This document shows, piece after piece, positions 27,801 to 39,800 of a DNA stretch of 64,000 bases. Every line of letters starts with the position of its first letter. The first letter of the stretch is position 1. Source of the stretch: Bispira polyomma (Eukaryota); the NCBI GenBank assembly GCA_965649765.1, contig OZ287751.1, positions 28,644,001 through 28,708,000 on the forward strand, in the 5' to 3' direction. A model generated the notes under the pieces. The model was not told the origin of the DNA. It ran no database searches and saw only the letters and a list, made by a program, of their open reading frames with translations. The position numbers and the translations under genes were made by a program.

Positions 27801-30800
27801 CAATGGTTAATATCTTAATAATAACACAAATTTTAGAATTAATTATTCTTTTATATTGGATTTTTGATTTTTAACGCGCCTTATTGATGCGAGGCATCTC
27901 CTATTAAGCGCAACAACAGAGTCATTAAACCAATAGAGAAGTCCAAAGACACAGCCAAGGTTGTAAGGAAGGATGTGGGGGTGTATAGGGAGGGAAATAT
28001 GGGAATATGTGAGTGTGAAGAAATGGGTTTTAACCTTTTTTAAACCCAGAAAGTGTTTCAAGTGATCTGAGCTCAAGTCAGAGACCATAGGGGCAGCAGA
28101 AGAGAAAGCTCTCGATCCAGCCTTCTTGGTGGGTTTGAATTTGAATTCGGATATTTAACGTCCACTCTAGTACCTGTTTAGGTTATATTGGGACGGGTAG
28201 TTGGAAACGCTGGAGAAAACACTGCACACAGTTGATCAAGGTTCTGCACTGGAACCAGCAGCCCACAGTAAGGAACTACCACCTTTCCCACAAAGGCATC
28301 GACAGGATTCGAACTCGCGCCGCCCAGAGGTGAGAGACCAGTGATTGTGAAGGGCAATGCTTGCTAACCACTAGGCCACCGCGGGCCCCCTTCTTGGTGG
28401 GTCTGGTAGAGAAAACAGAAAGTCTTTTTCCTCTCTTAAGTCCATATTGCATTAGTAAGGCAAAAGTTAAGCCTTAAAATTGAATATGTGTATATATAAA
28501 GGTAAGATCATCAAACCATATTGCTCTGACCTTAGGTTTATATAATCATATAAACAGTAAAATCTGCAATACTGAACACCTCGAATAGTAACTCCTCTTT
28601 ACCGCAAACAATTTGGTTGGGTCTACTACTATATGAAGGTTTTTCTGTAAACCTTAATGTAGTATAAAATTTTGTTTTAGTGATATAATCAATTAATCCT
28701 GTCTTCATTCTTTTAAAGCAAGACAATTTTGACTTTTTATAACAACAGTTTGTTTTACATACGGAACCTACAAAATACATATTGAGATATTGACCTTAGA
28801 TCAATTGAAACACTTTCTGGGTTTAAGAAAAAGCTCAAACCCATCTCTTCATACTCACTTATCCCCCTTAGTTCCCTCCCTGTACACCACCACATCCTTC
28901 CTTATGACCGTGGATATGTTTTTTGACTTCTCGATACGTTAATTGATTCTGTTGTTGCACTTTAGAAGATGCCTCGCATAAATAAGGCGCATTAAAAATG
29001 TATGATACAATACATGTACAATATATTTTAAAGGTAAAACTTTGATGTTAAGCTTTAGAAGTTGCCTCGCATCAATAAGGCACTTTAAGAATGCATAATG
29101 CGATGCAATATATTTTGAAGGTAAAGCTTTGATTTGTGATTTTGATCCATAAAGTCATCCAAATGACAGGTACATAAGAGAAATCATGGGTCATTGTAAT
29201 AATGGCAGTTTCTTAGCCCTTTATTGCTATGTGTTACAGATTTGGCTGAAGAAAGTAGATAATAGTGCAATCAGTGCTCAAGATCTACTGAACCATAAAG
29301 GTGAAGCTGAACCACTGAAAGTAACATTCAGCTGTACTGTCAAGTAAGAACATGTCTTCATTCTGAGTTCTCATGTTTATTTATTTATTTATAAGTTTTA
29401 TGTAACTTACAAGTTACAACAACTGTGGATGGGTAGGAGAAACACAGAAAAGGGTATAGTTGGTAAAGCTTTCATTATAATAAGAGCAAACCATGCACCA
29501 GCTTTCTGCAAATCTAGTGCAAACTTTCTGACACACATGATTCATCGTCTTATTTCAAAACCTATGCCTGCAAAAGTGGGGGGTGAGAGTGTTACTTGTA
29601 CATCACCGAGGCCTCAGTTTTTACCAGTGGTGAATGAATATTCTGTAGAAACCAACTTGTATCCTAAATGATGATTGGTTGAGTTACAGAGTTTATATAT
29701 CTGATATAATATAAAACTACAAATATACATAGGGTTGGGACAAAAGGCACTTTTAAATGTCAAAAACCTCTATATAAAAACCATATAATAATGATTTAAC
29801 ACTATGTAAAGCTATAATTTTGATTATTTTGTCAACTTAGAAAAGGAATAATCCACTTCTAGCTGGAATTTGTGCAGAGTAGTAGCAAATTTTGAGGATT
29901 ATAAACACTCTTTTCTTTGTGGTCAAACACCTCAAAACTTAGTATAACTTGGCATATTTACCTCTGTACAGACGTATAATAATCCTATAATAGTTTTGGC
30001 TTGTGGTTAGTCCTGATCATTTTTACAACTTTGTCAATGATGTAGTGCTTTAGAAGATGCCTGGCATAAATTAGACACGTTAAAAATCCATCATATCATA
30101 ATATAGAGACGTAAAGTGAAGAACGTACTGACAGAAATCAATATTGAAAACACATGCTTCTTTATGCCTATGAATTAAATTACAGAATAATATATTTTAT
30201 TTTTGAGAAATCTACATTTCATACATTAAAACGTGTGTCGACCAATATTGTGACCCGGACACTATTGTGACCGCCCGTGTATGTGGAATGTAGGAGCATA
30301 TCGGTTCTTACTTGTATGTCCTATGTGTTCACTGATTTAATTCATGATTTTATTCAAATTTGAACCTAAGACAAGGCAAGTTCTCTAAAAATTGAATTTG
30401 CTTAAATAGAACTCTATTCACAAAGATTCTTATTCTTAAAATTTCTTATTAAAGTGTATCTTTAAATTTCACTCTATTAGAAGGAAAGTGTTTTCTAGTC
30501 TTTGAGGTTGTTTCCCACCTTGGCATCTAATACTATCCAAAATAATTACTTGGCATGTTTGTGATCCCCAGTGGTCTAGTGGTTAGGGTGTTGGTCTGAT
30601 GATCAGAAGGTCGCCAGTTCTATTCCTGGTACCGGCCGCTAGTTTCATTTGGTAAGATAACATCCTTAGGCAAGATGTGAACTCAAGTTTGCCTAGTGGC
30701 TCGGATGACCACTCAAAATGGCGGTCCTCTGTCACTGAGTAATATCTCGAGTGAGATTAAAGATCCTTGGGGACGTTGATAAATGGTCATCCTCAAGCAC

Positions 30801-33800
30801 CTGGGCGCCCATAGTGGCTGCCCTTAAGGAAGCGCATTTGAAAGGACGCTATCCTCTGTAAGTGCACTATAACAAATGTCCTGTTTCATTTGTTCTCCAT
30901 GCACTTCCTGGTCTTTATGATATCTGATAATTATTTAAATATAATTCCTTTGCTTTTTTTAGTTCATATATGGATGATAAAGAAACATGGGAACTCTACA
31001 TAGAGCCAAGTGGTTTTATACCAATTACAGCTTTGCCCCATGTGAATGCTACTTACTGTGAAGTGAATGTAAGTGTTTTCCCAGCATGTTGTACACACAT
31101 TACAATTGAACTTATTCTTTGATAAAAATAGCTAATGTTTTAAATTAGTGTACATGCCATTTCTGTGTGAAACAATACAGTTCAATAATATCAACATAAC
31201 AACAATACATTGTCAAGATAATGTTGCAAGATTATTTTTATTGTAACCAAGTGAACATAGTTTTTATGACAGAGCTCACTTTTTGTATATTCTTTACTTT
31301 ATTTTGTGCACAAATAGTTGAGTTAAACTTTTCGTTTGTAAAACTTTCATGTAATTAGTACGAGAAATGAAATAAATAGATATACCAGAGTACTTAATAT
31401 TTGCATGCATAAGTTTTATTTATACATATTTTTGTCATTTTTAGATTCAAAAAGACAAACTCCAGAAATGCACACTATATACTGTACAAGTGCAAAATTT
31501 CACCAGAAATTCATTTTACCTATTTCAGCTAATGACCTTGAATAGCGAAAAATTATTCCTGTAAATTAGTTAAAAATAGTAAAATTTCTTCAAGCTAAAA
31601 TCTTCACAGTAGTCATTTTCATATTCTAAAGGATGAACTCCACATGAAATCCTCATTGGTATTGCACTCCATGTCTCAGAAATCTTTAATATTTAAAGAA
31701 CATGTAATCAAAAACATCCAGGTCAGAAACAATCATTTGTAATTAATAGCAGCATTCAGAAGAGTTTGGTAAACCATAGCGAGTCTTACATTCTGCCGTT
31801 GTTTTACTTCATCTATCACAGGTGCAATTTAAGTACGCTGAGACCACGAGGAGATTGTCCAAGTTTTTATCACAAGAGAAGAACGGCCTGCAGGTGACAC
31901 TACTTGACCAGGAGGGTCCTGTACAGGTCAGCTGATTTTTAATAATCTGGAAATATATACACCCAATCATCTGTCCCGTTTAGCAAGATTTCTTACTGTT
32001 ATTTTGGTGGTGGAATCGTGAAAAGGCAGGCTAAACGGCGATTTTGTAATAAAAATAATTTGCAAGTAGTTTCTCATAAACCCAAACTGTGGAATGACCT
32101 TCTTCAAGATAAATGTCTTGCTTCTAATCTTACCAGCTTAAAAAACTTGTTTGGCAAAGCCTTCCCTACCATAGATTCTTTTGCTAGCAATCACCTGTTG
32201 TCTTCTTGGTGTTTATCCTTTTGCTGGTTTAGAATGTTAAAATATGGTTTCTGCTTAGAATGTTGTGCCTTAGCTTTTGCTAGCGCAAAGATTAGGCACT
32301 TGATTTCTTTATTGATTGATTTTATAAATCTTACTCTCTCAATTGTGTTCAGTTGCCATATTCTCCAAACACGCTGAAGCTCAGACTCAACTTAAATGAA
32401 AGGACCACTGTGGCCTAGTAGTTGGCAAGCATTGCGCTTCACAATCACTGGTCTCTCACCTCTGGGATCAGCTGGTGTGGGTTTGACTCCCGTCGATGCC
32501 TATGTGGGAAAGGTGGTAGTTCCTTACTGTGGGCCGCTGGTTTCATTGCAGAACCTTGATCAACTGTATGCAGTGTTTCCTCCAGCGTTTCCAACTACTC
32601 GTCCCAATATAACCTAAACAGGTACTAGAGTGGACGTTAAATATCCCAATTAAAAAATAAAATCAAGTTTAATGAAGGTTATGTGTCAACTCTTGTATTT
32701 TGAGATACTCATTATGTCTGACCATTAGATTAACCCTTTTGACCCTTATGTTGTTGCCTAGCAGCCGATGGCATTCGTTACTCCAATAACCTTCTTGTCT
32801 GTCGGTAAGCAGGCAACACCTCAGAATTATGAATTTTTTTTTCCTTCCATTCCTCCCAAAAGGAAATGGTTAGGTACAAATTAGACTCCTTTGTTTAACA
32901 AATGACACGTGAGGCCGTTATTGAATGCCAGAAGTTGTCTGTGGTGTTTGTTTCAGTGACTCCAGTTATCTGTAATACCTACCACGCCAAAAAATTCCTT
33001 CAGTTCCTGGCGATAGTTTTCTCTTGGTGTTGAAAGGGTTAATGCTAAACTCACTCTGGTCAGCTATAAGGAGCTAGAATCATAGTTGAGCTTGATATTT
33101 TTAAGGAACATTGCTACAAGGTTTGTAACTAATATTAGAAATACCTCTACGTGTTTTGTCATCTGAAGTAACTATTATTAGTCTGGTAGCTGGTATATAG
33201 TGGGTAATTTTATCAGGCACATATGTTGTTTTCACTCTGAAAAGGGTAGTGCTATCTTGGAAATAATATGCAAGGCCTTCATGGATTGGTTTGAAGCAAT
33301 GAACCCGTTCAAACTGAGGGGCGTCATATATTTTATATCAGGCAATTATCAGGTACAGCCGTCATGTTGAAAATAATATGGAAGGCCTTCAAGGAATGGT
33401 TGAAAGCAATCGATCCAGCCAAATCCTGTTTGCATGTGCAAGCAATCAGTGCCTCGGCCATATATATACATAGACATGTATTTATACCTTATAAGTTGTG
33501 TGTATTTTGATGTTTTTTAGCCTGACACCACAGTACTGTTCAATGTCATTACAACTGTTAGCACAAAGGAGATTTATATTCAGGTGAGATCAATTAAAAA
33601 ACAAGATCAATGCGTAAAAACAGTTGTATAATATCGGGTCTTAAGGTAAAATATGAATGCAATTTGAAGTGTAACTTAAGGGTTCAGTAACGTAAACACA
33701 AAAAGACGATGGAGATAAAGTACGATGCTTTACGAATGCCCATTTCTACTGTATATAACAACTATGATGGCTTTAAATATATACTTTAGTGAGGTATTTA

Positions 33801-36800
33801 ACTATTTTTATATGTCCAGACAAATTAAAAGGTTAACACTTTGCTCTAAAACTATAAAAACACTCATATAATGATTCTTGTATTGTGACGTCACACAATT
33901 TGAAAATCTATGTAGAACGTCATATCTGTAAACAAATCTCGCAGAGAGCCTTTTCTATTGTGACATAATACGAGTATTGATCCAGCATATATCAATACAA
34001 AATATATGCTACACAATTTTATAAAACATGTATATTATTTCTAGTGATTTACATTTTTCAATATGTTTCCTAATTTTATAAAAACAAAGAATATAAAACA
34101 TCTTTCTGTTTAGAAGAGTGTAAGTGTAATGTTTTTTCTAAAATAAGCTGGGTTTTTTTTCTTTTATTAAAAAACGAATTCATTCAAAATAATACTGATG
34201 TTTTCCTTTTTCTAGTCATGTATAATACTTCAGTATTGATCCCTTATTGATATATGAATTGTGTCACGATTGTGAAGTATGTACTTTAAAAATATTACCC
34301 ATTTTAGTTACAATTTTACACACTGCTACATGCATTGTATGTCTCAAGATACCTATTAAACTGATACGTAAAATATATGAATTAGTATACAATTAGAATA
34401 TATGTCATTCTTTATTATTTCTACTCATACAAATGTGAATATGTTATCCATAAATCGACTTTAAGGCCACCCCAAAAAAATTGTGCTGTTTCTGAGAAGC
34501 TCGACTTCTCATAACGTGGTTATTGGCGTTCATTTTATGCGTTTACGTTAATAAAGCCTTAAGGCTTTAGTGACGTAAACACAAAAAACGATCGCCGCTA
34601 AACCACGTTGTGAAGGAATCACTGTCTAGAAACATACACTACATTGTTATAAAGGCCTCAAAGTCAATTTTTAAATACGATTTTTGCTTTATGAGTTGTG
34701 ATAATGATAGAGGACAGATTAAAAACAATTCAAGTCGAATTTTATAAATTTTAACACTGATTTTAACAATTTATCAGCAACAAATACTATGTATAAGAAG
34801 GTGTAAAATTGTAACAAAAACATCAATATTTGTCCAAGTACACCCTCCACAAACGTGACACAATACACATACCAAGAAGGTATTAATACTGAAATATTGT
34901 ACATGACTAGAAAAAGGAAAACATTAGCAATATTTTGAATGAATTCGTTTTTTCATAAAAGTACAAAAACGGGGATAAATAGAAAAAACATTAAAGTTAC
35001 ACTCTTCTGAACAGAAAGATACTTTGTATTCTTCGTTTAAAAAACATAAGGAAACATATTTAAAAATGTAATTCATTCAAAACAATATACACGTTTTATA
35101 AAGTTGTGTAGTATATATAATATGTTTATATATGCTGGATTAATACTCGTATTGTGTCACAATAGAAGGGGCTCTCTGCGAGAATTGTCTACAAATATGA
35201 CGTTCTACCACAGATTTCAAATCGTGTGACGTCACAATACAAGAATCGTTATACGGCTTTTTTTATTAACTATGCAATAAAATAATGAAGTTTTAAATAG
35301 TATTTGAATATAAAAATATGTAAAACGATCATTAAATAACCATTTTATGACTGCTGTAGTAAGTATATGTGCTAAAGTTACAATTCGTAAATGCAATATG
35401 ATTTATCGGCAACGTGTTTGTGTGTTTACATTACTAAAGCCTTAAGAGATAACAGAAGTAGTGGCATGATGCCTGACATTTCCTTTATATTTTCAGAGAT
35501 CTTTGTATTTAGTAATACCCTGACCAGACTAAAAAAAATAATTAATTTCTCCGCATTAATATATTAAATTACAAAAAAGGATTACATTGTTTTACTAGAT
35601 AGAATACATATAAAAATGCTCACAGGTGGGATTATGACACTTACTAAGGTCTGGAGTACCTCCAATAATGAAACAATAGATGAAAAAAAAGTACATAAGT
35701 TAACAAGGGTTCGACCAATAATGGTCCGGGACTATTTCTATGTCCAGAAAAATGACCCCCTGTTTTTCTATTAAAAATCATCTTGTGATTTTGTGATTTT
35801 ATGGGTACACGTAAAGAAAAATGAATATTTAAAATGGCTCAAGGGTGAGATCACCACACATACCACCAATCAAATGTTTGCAGAGAACCACCAGATAATC
35901 CAAAAAGAGAAAATACTTTCTTAGTCAACAAAGGGTCAATGTGTATATCGGTCCTGCACTTGTTTCGTAAGCTGTGAGTCATAATTTTTAAACTAACACT
36001 CCCAAAAAATCATGTTATATATTGTATTGTGATTTTTTTTCTCTCACAATAATACATTTTCTTTGTTCTACAGTTCATAAGTAAAGGGAAAATTATCGAC
36101 CAAAGGACACACACTGAAAATGAAAATATGACAGAATTTGATATTGCTGTGGTGATGGACAAGCACCTTTGTCGTAAGCTCGCTCCCAGTCCTCGTATTT
36201 TTGTCTGGATGATCACCGAATCGGAGGAATTCATTGTGGACAGTTTAGACTTCTCTGTGGATGGGGCTTTTACCAATAAGGTATGAAGACAAAAGTAGAT
36301 TGTCGCTTGTTCTGTGAATGGGGCTTTTACTAATAAGATATGAAGACAAAAGTTAATAGTCCCTATTTGTTCTGTGAATGGGGCTTTTACTAATAAGGTA
36401 TGGAGACAAAAAAAACTATTCCCTTGTTGTAATATTGCGTATGTTGCTCTTGATTAATTATACTCACAATATTTCTATTTTCTATCAATAAAAATCACAA
36501 TTTTATTATTTAAATATGGGAAAACCGTGATCTTTGACTTTCAGAGCCCCTTACTTCACGTACACTGACTATACTTTTGTGACTGTTTTTGCCAGGTTTC
36601 TGTGGGGTACTCCAGTCCAGAGACGGAACCAGGCCATGACATGCGTGTTACAGTAGAAGCCAGTCCTCAGTCTTATGTGGGTCTGCTGGCTGTGGATCAG
36701 AGTGTCCTGTTACTGGGAGGAAGTAATGACATCACTCAGCAACAGGTGGGGCTTTAAGATCATTAGCAACATAACAAAATCTAATAATTGTAAGTGTCCC

Positions 36801-39800
36801 GTGCTTGTTTAAAGTAATATTTGTTCTCAGGGAAGTGTAGCAAAAATTTCTGTGATTTAGTACTCACTTTAATTCATCTTTAATTTTTAAGTTTTATTAA
36901 TGCTTACAAGTACATTTATTTGTTAGCTCAGGTATTATATTCTAGTAACAAGATGTAATGTAATATCTTGTAGTAATGTTTAATACCGAGATGCAATGTA
37001 ATATCTTGTAGTAATGTTATACCAATATAATATCAGTGTATATCAGCGCATTAAACACTCGGGCTGCCCGGGTCTCCCCTTTACCTCTACTGTTAAACAT
37101 GTGACTATTTAACTCAAGATTCGCAAGAACCACGGTTCGAATCCCAGCAGAAGCAAGTTTCTTTATCAACTGAAGGAACAAAACTGATAAAGTGGTCACT
37201 CTCTTGTTAAATAATATAAGTAAAACGTTGCTCGAATACTTTGTCACTTTTGGTGTCACATCTTAGTGCGCCAAACCTATATCAGGGAGAAGCTTGTTAG
37301 TGTGGGGTTGACACTTGCCTGCCACCTCTTTAGTTGTGAGTTCAAATCTTGGCCCCAGGCATGCATGTGGGAAATCTGGCAATAGACTTGCTGAAGGCTG
37401 GTAGTTTGTGGTGCAGTCATCTTGACCATCTAATCTGTACTAATCCTTACTAGTAAACTGCTCATCCTGATACAGTACAAATGTGTAGAAAGTAAGGTAA
37501 ACCCTAAGGTAAACAAACAGGTTGTTATGACTCTGTTAATGGTTACACCAGAACTTACTATGATTACTACTGGTGTCACTGTCCAGTATGTATGATATAT
37601 TGGTAGGTGTTATCAGACCTAGGTGGTATAATGACTCTGGTAATGGTTACAACAGACCATACTATGGTTACTACTGGTATCTGACTGTCCTGTATATATG
37701 ATATTGGCAGGTGTTGTCAGACCTAGGAGGCTATGACTCTGGTAATGGTTACAGCAGACCGTACTATGGTTACTACTACTGCTGGTGGCCAATTTACAGA
37801 GGAGGAAAAGACACTGCCGAAGTCATCAGAGTAAGTCACTGATATTTTATTTATTCAGGTATAATTTAACTTCTTTAAGTAGAACTATGTTAAGCCAATT
37901 TGTCTTTAATGTGGAGAAAAAGCTGAGAGCTTCAAATTTATTTTTTTAATAAGGTAAGTGGAAATGCCATTTCAGTAGAAGTATTTCTCTTGGTCTCTTG
38001 CCTCAGGTTTAATTTACAGAGCTTCAACTGTATTCATATTAGTGTACCCGACCATGACTGGTAATTCCCCAAATCCTTTTTTTCTGTAACTGAGTACCAG
38101 ATCATATAACATTATTTATCACCCACACATGTACTGTAGTCAGTAACAAGTGAAAACATTACTTCACAAACCATACTAAAGCACTGCATACATATATATC
38201 TTCATGTAGAAGTTACACATGAATATTAAAATGCGGTATGCTATACCTGTTATTTGTACTGCAAATAATAACACATTTAGCAATGTTATTTGGCACCCTA
38301 TTTAAGGAAGTAAACAGATGGTGTGCGCTGAATTACTGTAAGAGTTGGATACCTGCCCATTTAAAGCATTAAGTACCAATTACCGGGAAGTGACATTGAG
38401 AATCCTAGTTAATGTAGCACTACATTGATGATTATAATACATCCTCTTTTTGCTAAATGTTTTGTCTAAATTTGATTTGTCCTTCAGTTACCTATGCAAG
38501 TTAAATTGGTTATTGTTACTGTAAACTTGATATATATTTTTTTTATTATTGGCAAATGAAACATTCTACCATTTAATAAATATTGTTAGAAAAATAGACA
38601 GAACAATTTATGGGTAACTAAACCTTATAGTCTAGATATTATACCCACACTAAATACAATTTACTTTTTTTTCATCATAGTTCTCTATTAGTAAATTAAA
38701 GAATTATGTATTCAGTTCTGATTATCTGAGGTGCTATTGTAATAGTGCTAATATATGTAAGTACTATATATTTATTGTGTTACACTCCAGAATGCAGGTT
38801 TACAAGTGATGACTGACAGTTTGATCTATCAGTACAGATGTAAGTATTGTATAATGTTAGTAAACGTTTTCAATGCATATATTTCTTGCTATATATGCAT
38901 GTTACATAGTGCAACTTCAAAACCATGCTGAAACAGGCAAATGCAATAACTCAATAACTTAGATGGCCTTTTTGAACTGGTCTGGTTATTCATGTATATT
39001 TCCCAGTAGGAGAAGAACATATTAAAATCTGGTCCAGAAGTTGCTAGTGATGGCTGGGTGAAAGAAATATTTATTAACAAAAAGCAGACACTATGCAGCA
39101 CTGTTAGTACTGAGTTAAAAACATTAAAGTAAAGTTTTGTATGGATACCGATCAAATCAATGAGATTAAAGAGCAAAACTAATTTGGAGTGGACTTCTAA
39201 TTAAACAGGTCAAAATACATTTTGTATGACAAACTTAAACAAAGTAAGGTTTTGGAGAACATGACCTATTCTAGAGAGGTATGGTCTCTTTACAGTTCTA
39301 CAAGAGTTTGAATTTGAATTGGGATATTTACCGTCCACTCTAGTACCTTTAGTAGGTTATATTAGGACGGGTAGTTGGAAACGCTGGAGGAAACACTGCA
39401 TACAGTTGATCAAGATTTTGCACTGAAACCAGCTTTCCACATAGAACTACCACCTTTCCCACATAGGCAACTACGGGAGTTGAACTCACGCTGCCCAGAG
39501 GTGAGAGACCAGTGAAGCACAATGCTTGCTAACCACTAGGCCACCGTGGCCCCTAGTTCTACAAGAGACTATTACAACATGAAAGTGTGGTAACCACAGC
39601 ACAAAGGTGTCACTCTGGTTGATATACCTCCATCAAAGTATATCAGTGGAAATATTACATCATGTCACTGAAAATATGTGTTGTAATGCCACTTTTGACA
39701 GATGAACATACATGTATCTTTACTTCAAACCATCATAGTAGCTGTTGGGTTATGGTAATATCCCCATGTCAGGGTGACTGTTTGGGTGGCTAGGTATAGG

